This document shows, one piece after another, positions 1 to 10,052 of a DNA stretch of 64,000 bases. Each line of letters starts with the position of its first letter. Position 1 is the first letter of the stretch. Under the pieces are notes generated by a model. The model was not told where the DNA came from. It saw nothing but the letters and a program-made list of their open reading frames with translations, and did not search any database. Origin of the DNA: an uncultured Gammaproteobacteria bacterium (GTDB lineage: Bacteria; Pseudomonadota; Gammaproteobacteria; UBA9214); the NCBI GenBank assembly GCA_963753755.1, contig CAVWDM010000013.1:281055-345054 (forward strand). The letters run 5' to 3'. A program made the position numbers and the translations under genes.

Positions 1-215
1 CCGGGGCCCCATCAATGTCAAATGAACGAGTTAAATGAAGCTAGGGCCGCAATGCCTAACTTTTTATTCAACACGGACTGTCACGCTAAAGCCACGCCAG
101 CCTGTTAATTTTGACGTCAGGCGTAATGGGACCGCCTTTATTAGTCCCATACTGAACGGAGACTGACATGTCTGAGATTGTAAAAAGTGAGAACGTTGTG
201 TCTAAGGGGAATTCA

Positions 216-548
216 ATGAAACTTATGAAAGTGCTCTTCGGTGTCGCGCTTGTTATTTCCTTCGCAAACAGTGCAAGTGCGCAAAACCTGAAGGAGACGG
301 CGACCTGCAAGCTTACGAATACCGCTGAGTCTAAGACGCTCTATGAGGGTGCCTGCAAGGTCACGCAATCTATGAGCGGCAGCAATACGATTTTCTCGGT
401 CAAGATGGGCGACACAGAGCCATTCATGTTCGCTGGTGTTAGGGGGCAGAAGAACTGGATGCATGGCCCCGACGAAGTCGAGTTCACAGATCTACCCAAC
501 GGCGGTATTTTTCGCTGGTCGACATTCGTGCTCGTAATCGCCGAGTAG
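216..548 (+). CDS. small secreted hypothetical protein with an N-terminal signal peptide (MKLMKVLFGVALVISFANSASA)
   Basis: Six-frame ORF 168..548; the internal ATG at 216 is preceded by an AAGGGGA RBS and followed by a typical signal peptide; no recognisable domain. Confidence 0.45.
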   Translation: MKLMKVLFGVALVISFANSASAQNLKETATCKLTNTAESKTLYEGACKVTQSMSGSNTIFSVKMGDTEPFMFAGVRGQKNWMHGPDEVEFTDLPNGGIFRWSTFVLVIAE

Positions 549-946
549 GTGCGTTCGCTTAGAAAAGCTGAGTCAGGTCTTGCATTGTGAATTTCACAAC
601 CAAGCCTAACCCAACGCTCAAGTGGAGCTGAGCAGAAACGCGCAGCCCGCTTAGCTTTGCGTTGAATGTTTGAACTTGCAAAGCGGAAGTACAGCTTAAA
701 CTCGGTAATGATCGGTTGTGGCCGGTAGTGCTCCTTCAGCAGTTCTGCACTCGCTGAGACCCCATGGTTAGGGAACGGCAACTCTGTACTGACTGTGGCT
801 TTTTTGGTTCAAAAAAAACGAATAGACAACTGCCCAAGTCTGGACTAGATTAATTGCAAATGACGATTAAAAGGCGCTATTTCGACAGAGTGTGCCATTC
901 AAATAATTCAATATGCACAATAAATTAAGTTGCACTGGAGAATCCG

Positions 947-2182
947 ATGTATAAAAAAGTACTACTCCTGGTCGTTGGTCTGTTCCTGTGTTTCACCTCC
1001 GCCTACGCTGAAAAGGGAGCAATCGATTTTGCGTCTTATGAGTGGACACTGATTAATGAGGAAGCCCGGTGGGCACCTCGGGCGGGGCTTCAGGTCATCA
1101 ATTTAAGAAATCGCTTCTACCTGATGGGCGGACGGACACCGCGGCCACCAAGCTTTCCACCTATTCCTGGCGACAGTGAAATATGGGGTGATGTCTGGAT
1201 GAGCGATGACAAAGGCGCATCCTGGCAGAGAATTCTGGAAACTAATGATGAGGAACACTGGCCTGCTCGTGCCTATTTCCAGGCTGTAAAAAAAGGCAGA
1301 TATATGTACATACTGGGAGGTCAGAACTTCAAGTTGGAACAGAATAATTGCCCGCCCTTCGTGCAGGATTGTCCGCCCTTTGTATCATCCTCTGATTTCT
1401 TCAATGATGTCTGGCGCAGCCGTGACGGAATTCATTGGATGCAGATGACCGAAGCTGCTCCATGGGCCGGGCGTGCGGGCCTGAGCAGCGTCGTGCACAA
1501 GGGCGAGATCTTTATTATGGGCGGTTCATTCAATGACGATCCAGCTGTCATAGGAGGACCACCGACGAGGGTCTATTTCAATGATGTTTGGAAATCGCGT
1601 AACGGTCGTGACTGGGTAAAGCTCACGGATAATGCACCCTGGGAACCCAGGGCGGGCGCAATTACGGTCGTCAAGAATGGTTACATTTACCTTTTGGGTG
1701 GAGAGGATGGATTTACCTGCCTGCCCGATTCACCGCGCTGTCCACCGTACTACAACGACGTGTGGCGAACCCGTGACGGTGCTAACTGGGAACTGGTAAC
1801 GGCATCTGCAGACTGGGCACCACGTCCCGGGCATCAGGTCGTGGTGCTGCTGAACCATTTCATCCTCTTCGGTGGTTTCGGGCTCAGCGATGATCCAAGA
1901 GATCCTTTCAAAGCCGCAAACCCTATGGATGTCTGGGTAAGCAAGAATGGAGCCGATTGGTCAAAGGTAAGTGACTCGCCCTGGAATGCTGCTACGCCAG
2001 AGGAAATCAAATACGATTTCGACGCCCTTGCTGTGAAAGGTGGCAAAGGCGGTCAACGTCCCTCAATCTTTACCTTTGGTGGTGATCGCGAAACCTTTGA
2101 TTTCACCGACCCATTCAACTTCCTCAATGTTGATAATGATGTGTGGCGTTTTTCGCCACCGCTCTGGATGTCAAAGCCGTGA
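947..2182 (+). CDS. secreted Kelch/galactose-oxidase-like beta-propeller repeat protein
   Basis: 411-aa ORF with a signal peptide. It has about 6 repeats of the motif W-x-P/A-R-A-G ... (F/Y)(I/L)(L/M)GG, which is characteristic of kelch-type propeller blades. Confidence 0.7.
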   Translation: MYKKVLLLVVGLFLCFTSAYAEKGAIDFASYEWTLINEEARWAPRAGLQVINLRNRFYLMGGRTPRPPSFPPIPGDSEIWGDVWMSDDKGASWQRILETNDEEHWPARAYFQAVKKGRYMYILGGQNFKLEQNNCPPFVQDCPPFVSSSDFFNDVWRSRDGIHWMQMTEAAPWAGRAGLSSVVHKGEIFIMGGSFNDDPAVIGGPPTRVYFNDVWKSRNGRDWVKLTDNAPWEPRAGAITVVKNGYIYLLGGEDGFTCLPDSPRCPPYYNDVWRTRDGANWELVTASADWAPRPGHQVVVLLNHFILFGGFGLSDDPRDPFKAANPMDVWVSKNGADWSKVSDSPWNAATPEEIKYDFDALAVKGGKGGQRPSIFTFGGDRETFDFTDPFNFLNVDNDVWRFSPPLWMSKP

Positions 2183-2671
2183 AGCCTTTTCCTGTGAATA
2201 GTCACCCTATCTGAATAGTGGTTTGAATTTGGACACCAGTCACTATTCGCCTGCACCGCATTGCGGGGTTTCTATCAACCAGGGAAGGTCTGCTTATTTC
2301 CGGTAGGCGAGGTAAGAAAGAAGTATCAGAACGGCAAATTCTGCTGCATTTTCACCGTTCGCAGTCCGCACGGGAATGACAAGTTGTTGACGGTTTTCCC
2401 CTTGGCCGGCGGCACCAGCAACAGGAATCCACAGGACAACGAACGGCTACTTGCTGTCCGCAATGCGACATAGGGACTGATTCAAGATAAGAAAATGCTA
2501 AACAGCGGGAGCCAAATGAGACGCTCACGAAATTTATCCTGACGGCAGTTTCCAAGGTTGCGCGACATAATGCCGCACTCTCCAGTGCCAACATTTTGAT
2601 TAGCATCAATTACATATTTGATTCCATATGTGATGATTTACTTCACGGTAATCTTAACCAAGAGGGTATGT

Positions 2672-3016
2672 ATGATGAAATCACGTAACTTGAGAAATTG
2701 TTTGGCAACTGTAACTTTGGTTGTATTTACCAGTGTAGCGGCAGCGGCCGGCCCGGGAGCAGGTAGTGGCAGAGGTGGTGGCCAAGGTCAGAGTATGCAG
2801 GGCGGTGGCGGCCAGGGCTCTGGTATGAATCAAGGTCAGAGTTACGGACAGGGCCGGGGGCAAGGACAGGGTTATGAGCAAGACCAAAGCTCCGGGCAAG
2901 GGCAAGGGCAAGGGCAAGGACAAGGACAAGGACAGGGTAAGGGGGCTGGTAACGGTGGGCAAAAGCAGTACCGTCATCAGAATCAGAACCAGTACGGGCA
3001 GGGCCAGAACCGTTAG
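2672..3016 (+). CDS. secreted low-complexity Gly/Gln-rich protein with GQGQ repeats
   Basis: ORF with RBS AAGAGGG and start MMKSRNL. Signal-peptide-like N-terminus, followed by (GQ)n / GQGQS repeats up to the stop. Confidence 0.5.
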   Translation: MMKSRNLRNCLATVTLVVFTSVAAAAGPGAGSGRGGGQGQSMQGGGGQGSGMNQGQSYGQGRGQGQGYEQDQSSGQGQGQGQGQGQGQGKGAGNGGQKQYRHQNQNQYGQGQNR

Positions 3017-3198
3017 CTGGTAAGAATATAATCCTGTTTGCCGACATTGATGAAGCAACTGTTTCCGGTGTGGTGAGCATCAATGGCTAACCTGCGAGCC
3101 AAATACCACGTTCTCGGAACAACTGACTACCTGACGGGAACGTCCGGTTCTGCAAAGCGGACACTGGTCTGCATCTCAATTCATATCGTTTAACGTTG

Positions 3199-3555
3199 CT
3201 AAACGTCGTGTTCTTCGGACCAATTCTTGAGTTGTTCGAGTATTCCAAGAGCTGATTGACCAAAGGGAGTGATCTCGTAAGTTACCGCTATTGGTCGAGA
3301 ACTTTGTACCTTGCGTTTCACCAGTTTCAGGTCTTCCAGTTCGCGCAGTCTTTGAGTCACCATCTTTTTACTTGCACCACCGAGTTGTCGTGCCAGGTCG
3401 TTGAATCTCACGGGTCCGTCTTTCAGATGCCAGAGGATCGAGCCTTTCCACTTTCCGCCGATAATCCGCATGCCCCGTTCTATAGCGCAGGGTTCGGCGC
3501 AGGCATTTTGGACAGACTTTTTTCCGCGATAGTCTGTTTTGATTCGGGCTTTCAT
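3199..3555 (-). CDS. HxlR-family winged-helix transcriptional regulator
   Basis: 118-aa protein. It has the HxlR-type motifs (CAIERGMRIIGGKWKGSILWHL...VRFNDL...GASKKMVTQRLRELEDLKLV) and lies divergent to an MdaB-like oxidoreductase, which is the classic arrangement. Confidence 0.8.
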   Translation of the reverse strand: MKARIKTDYRGKKSVQNACAEPCAIERGMRIIGGKWKGSILWHLKDGPVRFNDLARQLGGASKKMVTQRLRELEDLKLVKRKVQSSRPIAVTYEITPFGQSALGILEQLKNWSEEHDV

Positions 3556-3658
3556 TATCTCTAACCAAATAGCAGGTTACTAAAAGTAAACTAGTTGCAA
3601 TATGTATACAGATTACCAAAATAGCATAGATCAGTAACCCACATAAAACAGGTCATAC

Positions 3659-4249
3659 ATGAAAAACGTATTCATCATTAATGCCCACCAGCCCTGGCCG
3701 TTTTCAGAGGGTAAATTAAATGCCGCTGTGGCCGATCTGGCCAAAACCGTTTTCATGGATCAGGAATTTGAGATTCGTACAACCAACATAGTAGATGGCT
3801 ATAAGGTAGAGGAAGAATTGGAAAAACATCAGTGGGCAGATGTCATCATCCTTCAGACTCCGGTGAACTGGATGGGTGTGCCCTGGTCCTTCAAGAAATA
3901 CATGGACGAGGTTTACACGGCCGGCATGGATGGAAGCCTGTGCAATGGCGATGGGCGCAGCCGGGAGGACACCAGCCGACATTACGGCTCGGGAGGCACC
4001 CTGAAGGGCAGGAAGTACATGCTGTCACTCACCTTTAATGCTCCCGACGATGCATTTGATGACAATAATCAGTATCTGTTCGGCGGCAAGGGCATGGATG
4101 ATCTATTCTTTCCGATGCATATGAATTTACGTTTCTTCGGGATGGAACCTTTGAAAACCTTCGCCTGTCTGGATGTGCTGAAGAACCCCCAGATCGAGAA
4201 CGACTTCATCCGTTACCGGGTACACCTGTGTGAACAGTTCGGCTTCTGA
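3659..4249 (+). CDS. mdaB: flavodoxin-like NAD(P)H:quinone oxidoreductase, MdaB family
   Basis: 196 aa. The N-terminus [21 protein letters not shown] and overall length match the MdaB/NQO family. It is divergent from the HxlR regulator. Confidence 0.75.
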   Translation: MKNVFIINAHQPWPFSEGKLNAAVADLAKTVFMDQEFEIRTTNIVDGYKVEEELEKHQWADVIILQTPVNWMGVPWSFKKYMDEVYTAGMDGSLCNGDGRSREDTSRHYGSGGTLKGRKYMLSLTFNAPDDAFDDNNQYLFGGKGMDDLFFPMHMNLRFFGMEPLKTFACLDVLKNPQIENDFIRYRVHLCEQFGF

Positions 4250-4257
4250 TTGAGGGG

Positions 4258-4671
4258 ATGCATGCTATGCCGGATCAATACCACGTCGAATGTGACTGTA
4301 AATCAGTCAAGTTAAGCCTAAACGGTGAACCCAGAGTTCGTGGATTCTGCCACTGCGAGGATTGCCGGGAGTTATTGAAGATTCCCTATCACTCAGTGAC
4401 GGCTTGGGAGGAAGATCAGATCACTGTGGATCAAGGGGTCGACAAATTGGTTGTCTACCAGCACCCCACGAAGCGGATGAAGCGGTTTTATTGTCAAAAC
4501 TGTGGTGAAACGCTGTTCAACTCAAACGCCATGGACTGGCGTATTGTCTCTCAATTGCTGGTCAGGAAGTGCTATGGAGGGGATTTACCTGAATCTCTGC
4601 AGTCAAAAATGCATTTCTTCTACGGCAGGCGAATTGTCGATATAAACGATGACCTGCCCAAGCGAGACTAG
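4258..4671 (+). CDS. GFA-family (CENP-V / glutathione-dependent formaldehyde-activating-like) zinc-binding protein
   Basis: 137 aa with conserved Cys clusters (CDC...CHCEDC...CQNCG) typical of the GFA domain. Confidence 0.7.
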   Translation: MHAMPDQYHVECDCKSVKLSLNGEPRVRGFCHCEDCRELLKIPYHSVTAWEEDQITVDQGVDKLVVYQHPTKRMKRFYCQNCGETLFNSNAMDWRIVSQLLVRKCYGGDLPESLQSKMHFFYGRRIVDINDDLPKRD

Positions 4672-4714
4672 AGACGGAGATAAAAAATCTGCAATGAAGA
4701 CTCTCTAGTATCAT

Positions 4715-5794
4715 TTGGAGCACCGCCACGCTACCTGGCTGGAGCTTTTCTTCGATCTCGTGTTTGTCGCGAGCATAGGTATCGTGACTCACAATTTGGC
4801 TCACACCCATGATGGCCATGTCTCAATTAGTGAATTGCTGCTGTTTCCCGTTGAACTGATCCCGATCTGGTGGATTTGGGCGACACATACGCTCTATTCG
4901 AACCGTTTCGATACGCACAGCAAGGCGCACCGTCTTGCGACACTGACGATCATGTTTCCGATGATTGCGATGGTCGCATATCTGGGTGAAAAGCTTCTTC
5001 AAAATTTTGCTGCGTTCATTGCTTTTTACGTGATCATTCGCCTGATTCTTGCGGGGCTGTACCTTGGGTCAAATAAAAAACACGGTCTTTCAACGGACTT
5101 TACCCGAACAGCCGCAACAATCACTTTGACCGGAGTCGGTATTTCCCTGCTTGCGCTGGTATTCAATACCCCGATCACGGAGGCCATATTCCTCGGTGGT
5201 ATTGCTTTCGAGATGGTGGCCATGATCGTCCTTGTTCGCCGACCTTCAGTAGTTGCCGTGCATCGGAGCCATCTGGTCGAGAGAATTGGGCTGCTGGTCA
5301 TCATTCTGCTCGGTGAATCAGTGATCAGCCTTGTGGGAAGTCTGCGGGGAATCGAATGGAATGAGCATAATATGATCGCGGCAATGACCGGTTTTATTAT
5401 GATTGGCTGTATCTGGTGGATTTTTTTCGACAGTTTCGACGTGCTGGAGCGAACAAGAAGAATTGAGCGAGGATTGATCCTGTTGTATTCACAAGTTCTG
5501 TTTATTGCGGGTTTGCTTATTCTTGCCAATCTGATTCGGCACGCAATACTTGGTGATCTGGGTATGGCTGATTTCCGGCTGCTTGCCGTGTCCGGAATGA
5601 TCTTGTTGTATTTGGGTAAACAGTCCCTTTATTTCCATGCGTTCCCACCGTATCGCATCAATATTCTGATTAACAGTTCGATTTGTGTCGCGATTACAGT
5701 TGCCGCTACTTTCTTGCCCAGACCCGAATATGCTCTGATGGGGATGACCTTCGGTATGTTTTTTATTCATATTCGAATCTACGCTGGACCTTGA
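4715..5794 (+). CDS. low-temperature-requirement A (LtrA) family membrane protein
   Basis: 359-aa polytopic membrane protein starting with the ATWLELFFDLVFVASI motif characteristic of LtrA (PF06772-like). Confidence 0.65.
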   Translation: MEHRHATWLELFFDLVFVASIGIVTHNLAHTHDGHVSISELLLFPVELIPIWWIWATHTLYSNRFDTHSKAHRLATLTIMFPMIAMVAYLGEKLLQNFAAFIAFYVIIRLILAGLYLGSNKKHGLSTDFTRTAATITLTGVGISLLALVFNTPITEAIFLGGIAFEMVAMIVLVRRPSVVAVHRSHLVERIGLLVIILLGESVISLVGSLRGIEWNEHNMIAAMTGFIMIGCIWWIFFDSFDVLERTRRIERGLILLYSQVLFIAGLLILANLIRHAILGDLGMADFRLLAVSGMILLYLGKQSLYFHAFPPYRINILINSSICVAITVAATFLPRPEYALMGMTFGMFFIHIRIYAGP

Positions 5795-6343
5795 CCAAAG
5801 ATGTTACTGAATATCTGGTTGTTGATTCCTAGTTTTTGATCACGCGACGATGTCCGCTTCTGGCCGAAGTTACCGCTAGCTAATAATACAAAGCAGTGAC
5901 CGTAGCCTGACAGTGAACGGCAGGTTACTGCTCTAACTCGGACTAGCAAACTGATTCTATATTAGGAAAATAGCAAGGACGGTAGATGTTAAGGGTTGTA
6001 AGATGCCTGCCCCCAACCGCAGACCTGTCAGCGAACGCAAACCCTTAGCGGGCAGGCGTCTGACAAGCCTCGAGGGAGGAAACCGCGGGAGGAAGCCACG
6101 CAGTCATGGAAGGCAGTCGCGCTATGGGGATTTGAGTAGTGACTTTTCGGTATAACTCGGCAAAATAAATCATCATCGATATGCCGATGTACATTGTCGG
6201 ATCTTTTGCGTACTGATGGCACCTGTTTTGCTGCTCACGGTGGATGCAAAAGAGCGCACATTCATAACGACAACAAAGCGGTGACCTTCCCGGGCCAGGC
6301 CGGTAATGATAAGGCGGGTGGAATGAGTCGGTAGCGGCGGCAG

Positions 6344-7552
6344 TCATGATTCGCCAAAATGTCTGGGTGGTGCGCGGGGCAATTGCCCGCGCTCGAAGGA
6401 CTCAATGATAATCATCGGGGCGCCGCAGTCCGGGCAGACATAGGTCACTGACTCATCACTACCGTCTGCGGTATTCGCACCGTTCGTTTCTGCATCAGTA
6501 GGCGCATCCGTTTCTTTGCACATCAGCAGTTCACGCGCTTGCGCCAAGTTATCCTTGCGTGCAGTGTTGGCGATCAATCCGTAGTGGCGGATGCGGTGGA
6601 AGCCCGAGGGCAGGACATGGAGCAGGAAGCGACGGATGAACTCATCAGGGACGAGCGTCATGGTTTTGTGACGGTAACGTTCCTTCGCCCGGTAGTCTTT
6701 CCACTTGAAGGTGACGCCCTGTTCGTCCATCGCGATCAGCCGGCTGTTGGCGATCGCAACCCGATGGGTATAGCGGGAGAGATAAGCCAGTACAGCGTCC
6801 GGTCCGGCAAAGGGACGTTTGGCGTAGACAACCCACGTGCATTGGCGCAAGGGTTTGAGCCAATGGCTGAAGGACTTTGTCTCAGTGAGCGCTTGATGCT
6901 CACCGAAGAACTGCAGCTTGCCGGCACGGTATGCGTCGCTGAGCTTCTCGAGGAACAACCGCCGGAACAGTTGCGAGAGTACACGCACGGGCAGGAAGAA
7001 GCCCGGCCGGCAGGCGACCCAACGTTCACCATCGAGCGACAGGCCACCCCCGGGGACGATGCCGTGCACATGGGGGTGATGGGTCATCGCCGAGCCCCAG
7101 GTGTGCAAGACCAGGGTCGCGCCGATACGGGCACCCAGATGTTTGGGATCGGCGGCAATCGTGAGCAAGGTCTCGGCAGCGGCCTTGAACAGCAGGCCGT
7201 AGACCACCGCCTTGTTGTACCAGGCGATGTCGCGGATCGGTGCTGGCAGGGTGAAGACCAGGTGATAGTAGTCCACGGGTAGCAGGTCTGACTGACGGGC
7301 TTCCAGCCAGCGCCGGGCTGCACTGGCCTGGCACTTCGGACAGTGCCGGTTACGGCAGGAGTTGTAGGCGATCTGCGTATGTTCACAGGCCGGGCACTGC
7401 AGCACATGACCGCCCAGCGCTGCACTGCGGCAGCGTTCGATCGCCGACATGACCCTGAGCTGGCCGAGACTGAGGTGTCCGGCCTGCGCGTGACGCCATG
7501 CCGGCCCGTGGGCGCGGAAGATATCCGCGACCTCCAGGGCGGGGCGAGACAT
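6344..7552 (-). CDS. IS91-family rolling-circle (Y2/HUH) transposase
   Basis: 402 aa. N-terminal zinc-binding transposase domain (CPACEH...CRNRHCPKCQ) followed by the conserved IS91 Y2-transposase core (HTWG...HPHVH, YLSRYTHRVAI). Confidence 0.85.
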   Translation of the reverse strand: MSRPALEVADIFRAHGPAWRHAQAGHLSLGQLRVMSAIERCRSAALGGHVLQCPACEHTQIAYNSCRNRHCPKCQASAARRWLEARQSDLLPVDYYHLVFTLPAPIRDIAWYNKAVVYGLLFKAAAETLLTIAADPKHLGARIGATLVLHTWGSAMTHHPHVHGIVPGGGLSLDGERWVACRPGFFLPVRVLSQLFRRLFLEKLSDAYRAGKLQFFGEHQALTETKSFSHWLKPLRQCTWVVYAKRPFAGPDAVLAYLSRYTHRVAIANSRLIAMDEQGVTFKWKDYRAKERYRHKTMTLVPDEFIRRFLLHVLPSGFHRIRHYGLIANTARKDNLAQARELLMCKETDAPTDAETNGANTADGSDESVTYVCPDCGAPMIIIESFERGQLPRAPPRHFGES

Positions 7553-7562
7553 GCCCGTGCGC

Positions 7563-8441
7563 TTAGGCGGGCGGTCTCAACGACTCCAGTGGACTGACAA
7601 CCTCGCGCAGAACATCGGTGGCCACCTGGGCATAGAGGGCGGTGGTCTCAAGCTTCTTGTGTCCGAGCAGCACCTGGATGATGCGGATATCCACCTTCTG
7701 CTCCAGCAGGTGGGTGGCGTAGCTGTGACGCAGCGTGTGCATCGAGACGCGCTTGTCGATGTCTGCGGCGGCGGCTGCCGCGTGACAGATGCGATTGAGC
7801 TGACGGGTGCTCAACGGGTTGATCGGGTTCTGTCCGGGGAACAGCCAGCCCCCGTCGAGCATCTTCCCTTTGGCATGGGCGGCTTGCCACCAGACACGCA
7901 AGCACTTGAGTAGCACCGGTGAGAGCATCGCATAGCGGTCCTTGTGGCCCTTGCCTTGTTCAACACGCAGGGTCATGCGGGTGCTGTCGATATCACCCAC
8001 CTTCAACGCGACGACCTCGCTGGCCCGCAGGCCGGCACCGTAGGCCACCGATAAGACCGCCTGATACTTCGGTTTGCCGGCGGCATCAATCAGACGTGCG
8101 ACTTCCTCGCGGCTCAACACCACCGGCAGTTTGCGTGGTTCACGCACCGAACTCATCCTGGCCATTACCTCTGCATGATCCAGTGTCACGCCAAAGAAGA
8201 AGCGTAATGCCGTGATCGTATGGTTGAGCATGATACTGGAGACGCCGGTCTCGACCAGATGCAACTGATAGCGGCGTAAATCTTCCGGTGTTGCGGTATC
8301 GGGTGATCGGCCCAGAAAGCAGGTGAGGTTGATCACTGCCCGGAGATAGTTGCTCTGGGTCTTGGGTGAGAGTTTGCGCAACGCCATATCTTCGATCATG
8401 CGTTGGCGTAACGGACTGATGGGCTTGGTAGTGTGGGACAT
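7563..8441 (-). CDS. tyrosine site-specific recombinase (phage-integrase family) co-transcribed upstream of the IS91 transposase
   Basis: XerD-like N-terminal SAM-like domain and C-terminal catalytic motifs (R...HTLRHSYATHLLE...LGH...Y). The ATG at 8441 is preceded by an AGGAG RBS; the ORF track extends to 8480. Confidence 0.8.
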   Translation of the reverse strand: MSHTTKPISPLRQRMIEDMALRKLSPKTQSNYLRAVINLTCFLGRSPDTATPEDLRRYQLHLVETGVSSIMLNHTITALRFFFGVTLDHAEVMARMSSVREPRKLPVVLSREEVARLIDAAGKPKYQAVLSVAYGAGLRASEVVALKVGDIDSTRMTLRVEQGKGHKDRYAMLSPVLLKCLRVWWQAAHAKGKMLDGGWLFPGQNPINPLSTRQLNRICHAAAAAADIDKRVSMHTLRHSYATHLLEQKVDIRIIQVLLGHKKLETTALYAQVATDVLREVVSPLESLRPPA

Positions 8442-8674
8442 GGGTCTGCTCCTGTTGTGAGTCGAGGCGAAATGCCTCATCTCTCAACATAGGAAACAGA
8501 CAGCTAATGCACTGATATCCTTAAAATCTGCCACCCCCTACCGCGCGAGCGGTTTAGTCCTCCGACCCAACCCGGACGTAGAGGATTTTTCTTTGTAGGT
8601 CAGGAATGTACTGTAAGCAGTCATTCCCGAATCTTACTCTGACCGATGACCTCCGGTCTTTCTCGGACCATTGG

Positions 8675-9184
8675 TCACTCATGAGTTCTGTGCTTATTTT
8701 CTCGCGTCTCCTTGAGATGTTCCACATGGTCAATAAGCACGTCTGTTGTCTCCTTGAGCAACTCAAGTTCCTCTATGGTCAAATCGTTCAACTGTTCCAG
8801 GTTGTATTCAATCGTATCGACAATCTGCTTCGAGGGACGCTGCAGAGGGCGCATAAAATAAGCGGTAACCGTGGCCACAATTGCCCCGAAAAAAAGCAGT
8901 GATCCTACGATGATCCAGATGGCTCCAATTATCTCCGAAATGCCGTTTACGGGCATATCGGCGATACCAGCAGTAGAAAAGGCCGCAATCCCCCAATAGA
9001 GCGCCCGCCCATAGGATGTAATGCTGGTGTCCTCGGCACCTTGCTCGCCAAGAAAAATGCCAGCGGCGAAAAGCAACCATAATGCCATCAAAAGAACAGT
9101 CATCTTAATAACAGGCGTATGGATGACAACATCTCTAATAAATTTCTTACTTCTTCGTTTTAGGCTTTTTTTCTTTCGGCTCAT
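8675..9184 (-). CDS. two-TM K+-channel-like protein (Ion_trans_2 family) with a degenerate selectivity filter
   Basis: 169 aa. Basic N-terminus, two TM helices flanking a pore loop (YWGIAAFSTAGIADMP, compare T-x-G-Y-G-D), and a C-terminal coiled/acidic tail. Confidence 0.55.
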   Translation of the reverse strand: MSRKKKSLKRRSKKFIRDVVIHTPVIKMTVLLMALWLLFAAGIFLGEQGAEDTSITSYGRALYWGIAAFSTAGIADMPVNGISEIIGAIWIIVGSLLFFGAIVATVTAYFMRPLQRPSKQIVDTIEYNLEQLNDLTIEELELLKETTDVLIDHVEHLKETRENKHRTHE

Positions 9185-9274
9185 CGTTTCCTCTCGCAGT
9201 AAAAAGACGAGTGCAACTGTTATCTTAGGTTTGTTTTGAGCGTGCTAAAATACAGCAATTCATCTTTGTTGTAA

Positions 9275-9493
9275 TTGGAGATTGATGTCATGACTAAAAT
9301 GGACGGCAAACACATTATGGGTGAAGGAGGGGAATGTATCTGCCCAAAGTGCTCGACTCGCGTATCACACACACGCAGCATCCCCTGTCAGGATGAAGTC
9401 TGCCCGAAGTGCAAGGCCAAGATGCTCCGTGTCGGGTCGGAGCATTACCGACTCTGGTTAAAGAAGAAGAGCAACACCGTGCCATCTGCTTAA
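9275..9493 (+). CDS. small zinc-ribbon protein (two CxxC pairs)
   Basis: 72-aa ORF with a GGAG RBS 5 nt upstream. It has CICPKC...CPKC motifs; no further homology recognised. Confidence 0.4.
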   Translation: MEIDVMTKMDGKHIMGEGGECICPKCSTRVSHTRSIPCQDEVCPKCKAKMLRVGSEHYRLWLKKKSNTVPSA

Positions 9494-10052
9494 ATGACAT
9501 ATTTGTGGTCGATAATTCGAGCATTAATTGCTGGACATGAACGGCAACAAATGCGGCTTTTCGGAAGTAGACAGAATGCTAGGGAATTGCAGGTTCCGAT
9601 ACCATTCCAGGCCTTGAATAGAGCCAGTGGTGGTATCTAACAACTGTCGGCAAAAGTGGCAGCAATCAAACTATCTCTGTAAGTAACTTACTGAGTAACG
9701 TGTGGAATCAATGCCGGGGAGCAGTCCTGGCCGAACCTTTTCCTTGGACGGTGACTCAAGGGGTTATCCTGGTATTAGTCATCATTTACAGTCAGTTAAA
9801 AGTGGATAGGTGGATATTGTCCACGCAAACCACCCGGTTAGAACCATAGTGGTTGCGATTACAACTCGCATCGATATTCGCATCGGTTAAAAAGTGATGA
9901 GGAATTGTATGCTGGCTGAATGATATCATCTGCTGCAATCCAGACTTAACTGGATATTTGATATCAGAAGTTGAGTGTTCATCGATTTCTTCGTCAGAAT
10001 TAATATTCTATGAAAAGGCGTCGCCCCAAACATTAATAGGCCAGGATAAGGC

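Larger units (their letters stand above)
6250..8520 (-). mobile_element. IS91-family insertion sequence (integrase + Y2 transposase variant); boundaries approximate
   Basis: Two adjacent, co-oriented IS91-family genes. The ends were not mapped; IS91 elements lack inverted repeats, so the termini cannot be read off directly. Confidence 0.6.

Noticed and set aside
2681-3083. Minus-strand ORFs of 118–125 aa
   Set aside because: Antisense to the GQ-repeat gene. The periodic Leu/Pro-rich translation is an artefact of the repeat.
6539-7282. 247-aa plus-strand ORF
   Set aside because: Lies entirely antisense within the IS91 transposase gene. It is a high-GC antisense artefact with no homology signal.
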